Shown piece after piece: positions 38,937 through 51,475 of a stretch of DNA of 64,000 bases (position 1 is its first letter; each line of letters starts with the position of its first letter). The translations under genes and the position numbers were made by a program. Under the pieces are notes generated by a model. The model had not been told where the DNA came from. It saw only the letters and a list, made by a program, of their open reading frames with translations, and ran no database searches. Origin of the DNA: Sphyrna mokarran (Eukaryota); contig JAGIQG010000040.1 of NCBI GenBank assembly GCA_024679065.1, forward strand, positions 5,952,001 through 6,016,000. Reading direction: 5' to 3'.

Positions 38937-40503
38937 CTTTCTGGAACTCCCAGTCTGGGTTTTTTTCCGGGAATCGCTCGATCTCGACAGCAGTGGTCCA
39001 GAAATGCACAGCGTTGTCAGAGAGAAGAGCCCCGAATTAGTTAAAAGCCCAGATTTGTTTCCTTTGTGCAAACAGTAGAAAGTCTGGCAAATCTTAAGAT
39101 AAATATCCGCACTGCATTCTTATTGAGTATAAAGGCCCTGGGTGTCCTAGAATAGAGTTGATTCACGATAGGTTGTTGACTAACCACAGTCTTGTCTTGT
39201 GCTCTATCCTTCCTGAATTGCTAATTCAGAAGGAGCCTGGGACAACGAATCATCGCTATTATTTCCTGTAACACAAATCCAGAGTGCTCCAAAAATCAGA
39301 AATTAAACACAATAATAATACATTGACTGCACAGAGACTCAACACTCAGCAAGAACATTATATCAGTAAGGAACAAGGAGAATACATGGTAATTCCTTTC
39401 GAGTTCGGCAGAAAATACAGGTTATCCTCGATATGTTGATTCTTCCAAACTAATATAAAGTGTAACCCAGATCAGGAACTAGCTTCATTACTCAGAAATT
39501 GAGGTTGCTTTTCAGGGCAGTCTGTCTGTACTATTCGAAGTGGCGCACCAATAAATGAGGGTCAGAGAGAATTATTTAGTCTGATTATTTCTCTTTCTCT
39601 TTCTGACATCTTCAGGGTTCCACCCTCTTTCTTCTGGCCTCTGTCTCTATCGTCCTGTCCTTCTTTTCGAAATGCCATGAAAATACAGAGATTAGAAAAT
39701 CTAACTTGTCTGAGAATCTCATTTCAAAAATTCCCCATTAAAAAAAACTCTGTTAATAATAGCAAAAATATTTCCACATTTCACAGGTAAGTTTGAAAAT
39801 GTAACGGTTGGAACAAAATCATGACTACTACCGGCAGGTTTAGGGAGGAATGGGACAAAATATTTTCCCTCTGCGTGCAGCACAACAACAAATGCACTCT
39901 GCAAAGTTTCATGCTGATATGAATACATTTCATTCAATCTTTATGGCGTCATATTGGATAAACAGAATTAACTATCAATAATTAAAACAAGGATAGCATT
40001 TATCCCTTCTTTATAGTTATCTGAAATGAAGCGTGTGTTATTCGGCAGAATTCTGTAATTCCTTGCTCGGGGTGGCAAAATGCTTTTACTAAAATCATTT
40101 ATTTTGCATGGATTCATGCAAGCGGAGATTGATTTCAATAAAAAATTGAAAAACATTAACCTGTCAGGTTTTTTTGCCCACTAATATTATGTCGCCCAGA
40201 TATCATGATCAATTTAATTTCCAAAGAGCTGGATATGTCAAAATACAGCACCTTCACCTACTACAAGTTTGGATGGAGTTAACATCTGATAAATACACTA
40301 AGTATTATACATTAATCCCAAACTGCAATCTCCAAACAATATCTCCCATGGGTAATGGGGAACAAATTTCGCAGACGGTGGATGGTGACAAAAGGGCAAA
40401 TGCGCCGCCAGACTTCCTGCTGCAAATTTCCATCCCTGACAATGTTGTTCAATATTTACACTTTAGCAACTGAGTCCCAGGTCCACTTGGATCCGGCAGG
40501 TCC

Positions 40504-40747
40504 GTAAGAGTCTGGCAACACCAATTTTAAATTCAACCGATTTATTTGATAGCAAATCTACTAGCTTTCGGCGTTTGTGTCTTCATCAGGCGAATGAGGT
40601 GTTCTGATCTCCAAAAGCACGAAGGCACAAACGCCGAAAGCTAGCAGATTTACTATCAAATAAATCGGTTGGATTTAAAATTGATGTTGCCAGACTCTTA
40701 CTGAGTTTACCCCAGTCAACGCCGGCATCTCTATATCATGACTACTA
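40504..40747 (+). mobile_element. Miniature Penelope-derived insertion: inverted terminal repeats (83-nt hairpin arms) with 11-bp flanking direct repeat
   Basis: Arms 40504-40586 and 40619-40701 are reverse complements. The sequence matches the Penelope terminus at 7675-7800. CCGGCAGGTCC occurs at 40493-40503 and 40748-40758. Confidence 0.75.
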
Positions 40748-40823
40748 CCGGCAGGTCCAGGCAGCGACTGACTGTATTTCTCTGTGACACACAATGGCCA
40801 GCGCTTGCAGTAAATGAAAGCCA

Positions 40824-40837
40824 CCAGCAGATGGTGA
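40824..40837 (+). promoter_or_regulatory. Candidate CTCF site
   Basis: CCAGCAGATGGTGA resembles the CCAGCAGATGGCGC variant of the CTCF core. Confidence 0.4.
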
Positions 40838-41746
40838 CATTGTATTATTTTAGTTACAAGACAGTGACACACTGTAACTCACAGCTGGATTTTCTTAATA
40901 TCAACTTCACTGGAATAATGCCGTTCCAACATTACCGCTACCAAAGGAAACTAGGAAACTGCCATAAACACTTTACTGGGCAAGATCGGTAAAATTATTT
41001 TTTAAATGTTTTACTTTCGGGACATTTGTGGCGTCTTCTTCCCCAGTGACCCAGAGTGAGGCGGAATTGCCATTAGTTCCACCCTGTGTGAGCTGACCAT
41101 TATTTGGAGAAGTTCGTGATCAAAAATACCATTCCAATAACTCTCCTACCCAAGAGCAGTTGTGTGCAGAGCAAGACTTCTTTGAGGCAAAAAAAACCTC
41201 GTGTTTTTTAATGATCATCATTAAGACACACTGCTTGGTTTTTTTCTTTGGTACTGAAATGATAGTTGTCTTCTTGAAGCAGATAGGGACTTTAGATTGT
41301 TGTAAAGAGAGTTTGAACTTGTCTGCGAATACCCCTGCCAACTGATCTGCGCATGATCTGAGTGCTCGTCTGGGTACCCCATCCGGCCTTGTCGCTCTCC
41401 GTGGGTTGAACTTTGAGAAAGGTCTTCAACGCCTGCAAAGACGACCTCAAATATATGATCATCCAAGGCTTCCAGGGTGGAGGGAAGGCATCGTTTCTGT
41501 AATATAGTGATTACCTCATTTACCTAACGAAAGATTACCGGCTGCAATGCGAGCGGAAACACACTATTAAACTCGGAGTGAGGAAACGAACAATAATTCA
41601 CGTTTATTGTTGAATATTAGCTAAGTAATGCATCTTACACTGTATTACATTTACTCTTCCCTTCACAATTCTATACTCAGTCAAACTCTACAGAACATTT
41701 TTCACTGATTCTCCTTCCAGCTCTGACGGTTCAGAAAGGGAAGAAA

Positions 41747-43191
41747 TTGCGTCATCAATGGAGATGGGAGAGGTTCCAGAGGATTGGAGGATTGCGGATG
41801 TGGTTCCCATATTCAAAAAAGGGAATAGAGATAGCCCAGGAAATTATCGACCGGTGAGTCTAACCTCAGTGATTGGTAAGTTGATGGAAAAGATCCCGAC
41901 AGACAGGATTTATGAACATTTAGAGAAGTATAATATGACGAAGAGCAGTCAGCACGGTTTTGTCAAAGGCAGTTCGTGCCTTACAAGCCTGGTTGAGTTT
42001 TTTGAAAATTTGAATAAACACATTGACAAAGGAAGAGCGGTGCATGTGGTTTATATGGACTTTGGCAAGACGTTCGATAAGGTCCCCCATGCAAGACTTA
42101 TTGAGAAAGTGAAGGGGCATGGGATCCAAGGGGACTTTGCTTTGTGGATCCAGAACTGGCTTGCCCGCAGAAGGTAGAGAGTGGTTGTAGATGGGTCTTT
42201 TTTGCATGGAGGTCAGTCACCAGTGGAGTGCCCCAGGAATCTGTTTTGGAATTCTTGCTGTTTGTAATTTTTATAAATGACCTGGATGAGGAAGTGGAAG
42301 GATGGATTGGTAAGTTTGCCGACAACACGAAGGTTGGTGGTGTTGCGGATAGTTTGGAGGAATGTCAGAAGTTGCAGCGTGACATAAATAGGATGGGAGA
42401 CTGGGCGGAGAAGTGGCAGATGGACTTCAACCCAGATAAATTTGTAGTGGTTCATTTTGGCAGGTCAAATGGGATGAAGGAGTATAATATCAAGGATAAG
42501 ACTCGTAGCAGTGTAGAGGATCAGAAGGATCTTGGGGTCCGGCTTCATAGGACTCTTAAATCGGCCTCGCAGGTAGAGGATATGGTTAAGAAGGCGTATA
42601 GTGTACTGGCCTTCATCAATCGAGGGATTGAGTTTAGGAGTCGGGAGATAATGCTGCAGCTTTATAAGACCCTGGTCAGACCCCACTTGGAATACTGTGC
42701 TCACTTTTAGTTGCCTCATTACAAGAAGGACATGGAAACTATTGAAAGGGTACAGAGGGGATTTGAAAGATTTTGGCCTGGATTGGGTGGCATGCCTTAT
42801 GAGGATAGATTGAGGGAGCTCGTCTTTTCTCCCTGGAGAGACGAAGGATGAGAGGTGACCTGATAGAGGTGTATAAGATATTGAGAGGTATTGATCGGGT
42901 GGATTCTCAGAGGCTTTTTCCCAGGGGTGAAATGGTTGCTATGAGAGGACCCAGGTTTAAGGTACTGGGAAATAGGTACAAAGGAGATGTCAGGGGTAAG
43001 TTTTTCACTTAGAAGGTGGTGGGTGAGTGGAATCGGCTGCCATTCGATAGCGTCTTTTAAGAGACTTCTGGATGAGTACATGGGACTTAATAGGATTGAG
43101 GGTTATAGGTAAGCCTACAGGTAGCGATATGATCAGCGCAAATGATGAACTGAAGGGCCTATGTGTGCTGTAGTTTTTCTATGTTCTATAT
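41747..43191 (+). mobile_element. 5'-truncated CR1 LINE (mirror copy of 34007-35455)
   Basis: ORFs 41758..42177 and 42144..42710 are near-identical to the left-arm ORFs. Confidence 0.92.
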
Positions 43192-45686
43192 TCGCGATGA
43201 AATTAACATCCAACGTATCCGACATAAGACAGTCGTTATGTCCTTTTGTCAATACCAGGGATGGGATTCAGTCTTTGTATAGTTTTACAATTACTTTTTT
43301 TAGTAAGCAGAGGAGGTGTTCAATGTTCAGACAGACACCCTGCAGCCATTCCTATCAGTGTTTGACTGTACATTCTCAGCTATTTGGTTCCCTCTGCCCG
43401 TTTTAAAAATATTAAACTTAGTTCATTTGTAAAGTTGAAATGTTGCTGCATATAATACCAGCATTATTCTCCATTTTCGTGGCTTTGTCTCCACTTCTCT
43501 CTCACACTAAAGTTCGATACCCCCTCTCCCCCCTCTCCCACTGCCGCCATCATTCTGTCTCTCTTTCTCTTCACTGCATCTATTTTTTCCCACTATCTCT
43601 GCCGCTTCTCTCCTTATGTCCCTGTCCTCTCTCTCCCCCCTTTCCATGTGCCACTATCTCTCTCAACCTTTCTCTCTGCCACTCTCACTCTACATGCTGT
43701 CTCCACAGACAGCTCCATGCTGTCTGCTCCATTGCTTTCACTGCCCCATCTTCTTCCTCTACCTTTTTCACTGCCCCACGCTGCCAGTGCACCTGTCTCT
43801 CTCTCTCTCTCCCTCTCTGCTCACTCTCCTTCTGCCCCCCTCTCTCTGTCTCCTCACTCTCTGCGCCCTTTTTCTCTCACTGCACCCTCTCTCTATTTGC
43901 CTCCTTCTCTGCACCCTTTCTCGCTCCCTGCAACCCTTTCTGTCCTTACATCTTTCTCGCACTGCCATTCTCGCTCTGCCTCACTCTCTCCCTTCTTTTT
44001 CTCTCTCTGAGTGTCTGATCCTAATGTTTTATTTCTATGCTAGATATCTCTCCCTCTTTCCCTCTCGCTGACGCTGACTCTGAGATTAATAACACTTCTG
44101 CTCCCCTTCAATCCCCTATACCATTTTGACTCCGAATTGACAATGCGACATTTAACTCTCAACGCCAGGCGTTTACGTACGTGGCGTCTGTGACCTCACT
44201 TCCTTTCGGTTACGTCATGCCTTCAATGTGACCTCAATTTTTCAAGCCTTTTCCACCGGTGCACTGTAGGAATTGAACAACTGCTTTCCAGGACAGTGAT
44301 ATTTGAATGATTGCTGTCCCATCAGAATAAAGCACAGGAGAATGGGCAGGTGGAAGGGTCAATCGGTAAGGTGATATATCATAGTCATTATTATGCTGTT
44401 AAGTCAGAGCAAGGTCGTTGGATATTGGACAGTTGACCTAGCCAATAGGAGGGTCTAATTGATGTAATTTATATGGATTTTAGCAAAGCTTTTGTCAAGG
44501 ACCCATATGAGAGAACTGATTGACAATGTTGGTGCACATGGAATTCAGGGAAACATTGCAGTGCAGACCCAAAACACGGCTTTGTAATTGTAAACAAAAT
44601 ATCATCATAGAAGGTTGCTTGAATGGCTGGAAGTCATTCCAGTGGCGTACCACAAAGATCAGTGAAGTGACACTTATTGTCTGTTATCTATGCAAATGAT
44701 AGGATGATAATGTAGAAGAGTGATAAGCAAGTTTGATAGGGTGGTTAAAAGTAAAGTAAAAAACGTTGTAGTTGTCAGGACAATATAGATGGGTTGGCCA
44801 GATGGCAGACAGTTGCCAATGTTATTTAACCCTGATAAGTGCGAGCTCACGCACTTTGGGAGAATTGACAAGACAGGGGAGAAATTATTGGATATAGTAG
44901 ATGAGGAGGCTCAGAAGAACAGAGGGTTTTGGGGGTAATTATTCATAGTTACTTGAAAAGCAGCATTTCAGATGAATACAATATTTATGATCTCATATGG
45001 ACGCTTGCTATTAGAATTGTGGCATAGAGTAGAAGATCAACAGGTAACATTGGACTTGTACAGAACACTGGTTAGGATACAGTAGGCATATTGCATATAG
45101 TCCTGGTCACCTCACTATAGGAAGGATATGATTCCACTAGGACAGGGGAAAATCACCAAGAGTTTGCCTAGATTGAAGCATTTGAGGAATAAAGAAAGAC
45201 TGGACAGAATTAGGCTGTTATTTTGTTCCAGAACAGAGGTGGCCAAAGGGGCATGCTCGAGTTACATAAGATTATGAGAGGTATGGACATGCTGAATTGG
45301 AAGCAACTATTTCCCTTGATTGAAGTTCATTCACAAGGGAACATAGTTTTCAGATTCAGAGGAGGTTTGCAAAAAATACTCAGTGGATAATGAGTATCTG
45401 GAATGTACTGCCTTCGAAGGTAATGGAGGTGGGAAACCTAGCAGACTTTAAAAAGTATGTGGATGACAAATGGAAACAGTGTAACATTCAAGGATATGAA
45501 ACAAGTGCTAGATGTAAATAATGCGACTTGAGTGGTAGTTATTGTGGGTGCAGACTTGATGGACATAGGAACCTTTTCTGCACCATGCAGCTGTATGGAT
45601 CAATGGAGATCCTATCGTGTTTGTGCCCTCCCTTTTCAGGAAATGTAAAAGAAAATGAAAACAAAAATCTGGAAACTCTCAGTGGT

Positions 45687-46585
45687 TCAATGCTTCCTTA
45701 AATGACATTGAGTAAAGAGATATTTCATCAAATTCTTCAACTGCTGCCTGAACTTAGTCTGTGTGACGGCATAAATAAAAGTGTTTGTGCAGCAACTCAG
45801 GTGCTGCAACATGAAGCCCAATTGCCCAACAAAGATAGCATTGTATGGAGATGGATACCCCAACCAGAACATCTGGAAAGATATCGTATCAATCATTATC
45901 ATTGACCATAACAGGATGAAATTGGCTGAAATAACAAACAGTAAAATGATGGAGTTCCTTCGACTTTCCATTTCTGGGTCTTTGACACTCTCCCCATTGC
46001 AATGAGCCCGGAGTCGCCTGCGGGCCCGGCTCATCACTAAAATGTGTCTGACGGTGAGAACATTGAGCAGCACAATCAGAATAAATGGGATACATGGGGT
46101 TAGAATGTAATGAAGAAATACAATTGTTCCCCAGATTGGAGAAAGCATGACATCAAATGAATAATTACAAAACCAAGGGTCGTTCATCAATATATACTGA
46201 TTTGTTGCCATAAAATACCAGAAAATATTTTTTAAGCAGCTCAGTGCAGTCACTGTTCCCAGAACCACAGATGCCACTTTCTCGCTGCAATATTTATTTT
46301 TCAGCTTCTGGCAACAAATGGCCACAAATCGATCAAAGGTGAAAGTGACGGTGAACCAGACAGAAGAGTCAGTGACTGCATAAAGCAGGACAGCGTGGAT
46401 ATTACACACAGGGATGAATTTCAGGAACTGAAACTGTTTATCAAAAACAATTGGAATCTGTTTCAGTATCAGGTCAAGGATAACAACCAGTAAATCTGCC
46501 AATGACATGGCCACCAGATAACGAGTGACACATCGGGAGAGACCACAGTTTTTGCGAATGAGGATCACAATGGTGACTACGTTCA
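45687..46585 (-). CDS. GPR139/142-like GPCR paralogue 3, coding exon 2
   Basis: Open 7TM frame with 10 aa differences from paralogue 2 exon 2; acceptor ttccttacag|TG. Confidence 0.92.
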
Positions 46586-49224
46586 CTGTAAGGAAGGGAA
46601 ATAAACAATGAAATCACACATCATGCGTTTGGCAAACGATTACTTTGATTGAGGATTACTGAGACGTGCTACTGCATACTGTAACGTAATAAAATAACCA
46701 GACTGGACAGAACAATGGCAACGTCTGTGATACAATTGAGGAATCGTATCAAAATCAGGTTTGCGGAAAAATGTGAGGCCGGAACGACTCTGGGGAGCCA
46801 GAGGTGATGGAGAGCATCTAGGGTGACAGGGGATCCTGGTGATTGTGGTGGGATGCAGGGATGATGTAGAACTCAGGACTGATGGGGCGTAGGGGTTACT
46901 GGGAGAGCCACGGGTGAGGGGCCCGTTAGGGTCAGAGGAGAGATGTTGACAATTTATACATTTTCCAAATGACTTAAAACGTTTTTCAATTATTTTGACT
47001 TGCACATAAAAGATACATCTGCATGGTATGCTGCCTCTCCGGTGCCAGGGTCCAGCGTGTCTCTGAATGGACAGAAAGCATTCTAAAGAGAGAGGGTGAA
47101 CAGCCAGTTTCTGAGGTGCATATCCGTACTGATGACACAGGTAGGAAGAGTGATGAGGCCCTGCAGCAGCAGTTTAGGGAGTTTGGTAGAAAGTTAAAAA
47201 GCAGTACCTGTCAGGTTATAATCTCAGGATTATTCTCTGTGCCACATGCCAGTGGGACAGGAAATAGGAAGATAGCATAGCTCAACAAGTGGCTGAACAG
47301 CTGGTGTCGGATGTCAGGTTGCAACACCTGGACCTTTGGGATCTCTTCTGGGCAGGTGAGAACTCTACAAGAAGGGTGGGGTACATCTAAACAGAAAGGG
47401 TATAAAAATTCTGGCTGGGAGGTTCACTCGTGTCACAAGGGAAGGTTTAAACTAGTTTGAGAGGAGTGGAAACTAAAGCAAAGTGAATTAACTGAGCGGG
47501 AACCAGACAGTAGGCCGCTAAGACTGTGGGAAAACGCAGGCAGAGTGTGAAAGAGAGTCTGCTGGACTCAAGTGCCTTTGTTTCAATGCGAGAAGTACAA
47601 CAAATAAAGTAGAAGCTCCCAACTGTACGGCGGGATGACAGCTCAGAGACTTTCATAAGATATACACTTACTTACTACAAAACATGGAAAATGGAACAGT
47701 CACTTATTCCTGAACCCCACAGACACACACATAAGAAAAGATGATTTCCAAAAATTAACATGCATTTAAATTATTAGAAACGTAGAACAGAAACGATCAT
47801 GGGGGCTATTGTTCAAAAAAATTCCAAGTGTCAAGTTCACTGAAAAAATGGAGCAAATCCTGTTGGTATTTTCAGTGGGAGTTTTAAAATGAATCACCCA
47901 CAGTCTGTGCACTACACAGAGCCTTCACGCTGAAATCAGTCTTCTCATCGGAAGGGCCGTCAGCATAACACTGAGTAGCCCAGTGCACATGTGTCGATCT
48001 GTTAGTGCTGATATCAGCCCATGTGAAGTAACTCACACTATCAGTCTCCCAATCACTGGCCAGCTCGAAACTAAAAAATAGCAATGCGGATGCTGAAAAT
48101 TTAGAATGAAAACAAAACATTTAGGAGAAGCCCAAAAGCTCTTGCAGCATCTGCGCACTGTGAAACTGAGTTAACGTTTCAAATCAGTCTGACCTTGTGC
48201 TTCTAGGTGGGAGTAGTCGTGGAAGGTGCTGTGAAAGGTGCTGTGAAAGGATCTTTAGTGAATTGCTGCAATGCATCTTGTAGATGGTACGCATGGTGGC
48301 TGCTGAGTTTATCCTCTTTTACCTGTGCTATTACTTGTCTGTTCTTGTTTCTCTCGTATATGTGGAGGAGCTGCGCAAACGGAACATACTGAATGAACTG
48401 CGTTGTCTTCCTCTTGTCCTTTTCCATGTTTATATATGGGGAAAACTTCGAGGTGTACTGGATCAGGCTTGAGGTAATATTTATAAAAAATGCCAAAATT
48501 CAATGAAAATACATTCAAAGAAGAACATTAGAGGGGAGGTCCCTCGTGTTGCTTAATACATTCCGACTGAGAGTGACGAACACAGGCGTTCAGTGGACTG
48601 GCATAGACAAAGTTACAAAAACATGTGTCAGAGCTGTTAAAACATCCCCTCCAACATGGATACCACACCAGAGAGAGCAGGAAGTAAATGTAAGAACTTC
48701 CCACATCATTCTATTACTTCTGAGCTTCTTTAAGCTGGCAAATTTGACCATGTAGATGTGAATATCACAGACAAGTGGGAGAACGAAATTCATTGCAAAC
48801 AGGGAATTGGACAAATCCTGAAGGGAAAGGATTTGCAGGAATCTGGGGAATGAATAGGGGAATGGGATTAGTTGCAGCAGTGAAATCAAGAATGAGAATA
48901 TTAGCAGGGAGATGAAGGATTATTCAATGGATGAGCTGGACTGAGGCAGAAGTGGGCATGTTTGATATTATTGAGATGGTTGCAGATAGGACAGGGATGG
49001 AGAGAATATGACATTGGAAATCCAGTCAGGGTCAAACGGAAATGTTAGGTTTTGCGTAGCCTCGACTGGCAACCAGAGAGCAGCGTGGAGAAACGGGATT
49101 CGAAATGGAATGAGTGACTGGAGCTGAAGAGAACGAATTCATTCTATTCAAGAGCCTAAATAATCAGAAAAATAATTCAGTTCATCACAGTTTGTGGAAT
49201 AAATAGCTGGATGGAGAAACTTAC

Positions 49225-49441
49225 CAGGAACGCCAACAATAGCGAGGATGGGATAATAGCCCTTTTGAATGCATCTCAATACACCGTTGATCTGCTCATC
49301 CCACGATGGCTGAATGTCAATGGACTCGACAATGCTCAAGAAATAATCTCCGTCATCTGTTGGAACATACCAGTCTGTTGCCCTCAGATTCTGATCCACT
49401 GTTGTAATATTCAAATTGTGTAAGCTTAGATTCTGCGCCAT
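49225..49441 (-). CDS. GPR139/142-like GPCR paralogue 3, coding exon 1
   Basis: MAQNLSLHNLNITT...GVP, 217 nt, phase-1 GTAAGT donor; predicted protein 371 aa. Confidence 0.87.
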
Positions 49442-50045
49442 TGTCCGAACATTATAATCTATTCTCAGATGCTAGTCTCTTCTCTCCCGCTCACCCGAGC
49501 TGTGAGTTCCTGAGTTTGTGCTGCATTGGAAAGAATCCCTTATTAATACAAGTGAGAAAACCTCTAGTGACACAGTTGGGATCCATGGAGGCTAACACTT
49601 ATTACACTCACTGAACAAACAAATTCAGTTAACTCGTTTCAATCCAAAACATTTTGTGTCAGAAGCAAGTCAAACATTTACTCATATCTGTGAGATATAT
49701 GAGGTTGACTGAGGTCAGGGAAGGTGGAAACAGTGGATATACTGATTATAATCTTTCAAAACTCCTTAGAAATGGGAGTGGTGCCAGAACACAAGGCAGT
49801 TGTAAATAAAGGAAAAATGGGTATACCATAGAACAATAGAGCAATCAATGTGAATTGAGCGGGTGAAAAGTGTGTGTTTCTCAGTGTCAAAGTTGCCCCT
49901 AGACCAGATGTGTCTGCAGACAGGACACATTCCTAGAAGCCGCGGTTTCCTTGCATGGGAGGGAGTGTCAGTAAAGCATAGGGATCATCCATTTATCATA
50001 TGGCCACAAAATGGGAAGGTTGCTTGTGCAAGAACCTTGTCAGCA

Positions 50046-50795
50046 GCTGTGGCGGGTTTGTGTGATATTGTGGACACTGTTCTCCTGAAGTCTGGGTAGT
50101 TTGCTGCGAACAATGGTCTGTTTCAGATTGTGCGGTTGTTTAAAGGCAAGAAGTGAGGATGGGGGGGATGGCCCTGGAGAGATGTTCGTCTTCATCAATG
50201 ATATGTTGAAGACTCCGGAGAAGATGTCCTAGCTTCTCCGCTCCGGGGGAGTACTGGGCAACAAACGGTACTCTGTCCACTGTGTCCCGTGTTTGTCTTC
50301 TGAGGAGGTCAGTGTGGTTTATCGCTGTGGCATTTCGGAACTGTTAATCGATGAGTCGAGCGCCATATCCAGTTCTCATGAGGGCATCTTTTAGCGTCTG
50401 CAGGTGTTTGTCACGATCCTCCCCATCTGAGCAAATTCTGTGCATACGGAGGGCTTATCCATAGGGGATGGCTTCTTTAACGTGTCTAAGGTGGAAGCTG
50501 GAGAAGTGGAGCATTGTGAGGTTGTCTGTGGGCTTGCGGTACAGTAAGGTGCTGAGGAGAACGTCCTTGATGGAGATGCATGTGTCCACGAATGCCACCG
50601 ATGCGGGAGTCCATGATGAGTCTGATGGTAGGATAGAACTTGTTAATATCATCATATAGTTGTTTCACTGTTTGTTCACCATGAGTCCAAAAGAAGAAAG
50701 TGTCATCGATGTATCTAGTGTATAGCATCGGTTGAAGATCCTGTGCGGTGAAAAAGTCTTGTTGGAACCTGTGCATGAAAATGTTGGAGTCCTGG
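50046..50795 (-). mobile_element. Penelope-like RT fragment (paralogous to 8762-9505)
   Basis: YTRYIDDTFFFWTHGE and LYRKPTD motifs. Confidence 0.85.
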
Positions 50796-51300
50796 AATCT
50801 AAAATGTGTCGGTCTGCAACATTCAGTCAGGAACAATATTTTACGCTGGAAAACCCCTTTCCCCCCGTTTATTTCACCTTAACTTCTTTATTAGTTCTGT
50901 GCTTTATCCCTTTCTCCTTTTCTAAACATGAAACATGTATAGCTCTCCCATACTCTGGCACCATTCCCTTATCCAAGGAGGATTGAAATATTATGGTCAG
51001 TATATCTGATATTTCCACCATACCTGTCCTCAGTCAACCTCATACATCCAACCCATACCAAGTAAATGTTTGATTTGATTGTAATACAAATTGTTTTGGA
51101 TTGAAAGGAGTTAATTGTACTTGTTTGTTTAGAGAGTGGAATAAATGACAGTCTCCATGGATCCGAACTGTGTCACTGGAGGGTTTCCCTCTTCTATTAA
51201 TAAGGCATTCCTTTCAATGGGAGCGTAACTGTGGCCCTTGCAGCCTGAGTGAGGGGGGAAGAGAGATCAGAATCCGAGAGTAGATTGGAACGTTACAACA

Positions 51301-51475
51301 ATGGACCAGTATCTGGGAACAATAGTTTGGAATTTTACAATACTCGATGAAGATTTCCACTTGAACATTACCGAGCCCATTGATAGTCAGAGACCATGGA
51401 ATTATCAGATTAACGATGTACTAATACGTATTCAAGAGGGATATTATCCCATCCTCGCTATTGTTGGTGTCCCTG
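51301..51475 (+). pseudogene. GPCR paralogue 4: intact exon 1 with no exon 2 in the window (truncated or partial gene)
   Basis: MDQYLGTIVWNFTILDEDFHLNITEP...GVP with G|GTAAGT donor. No plus-strand 7TM exon downstream. Confidence 0.7.

Larger units (their letters stand above)
41041..50045 (-). repeat. Right arm (~9 kb) of the large inverted repeat
   Basis: Reverse complement of 27194-36162 with scattered substitutions; the last ~150 nt are indel-noisy. Confidence 0.95.
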
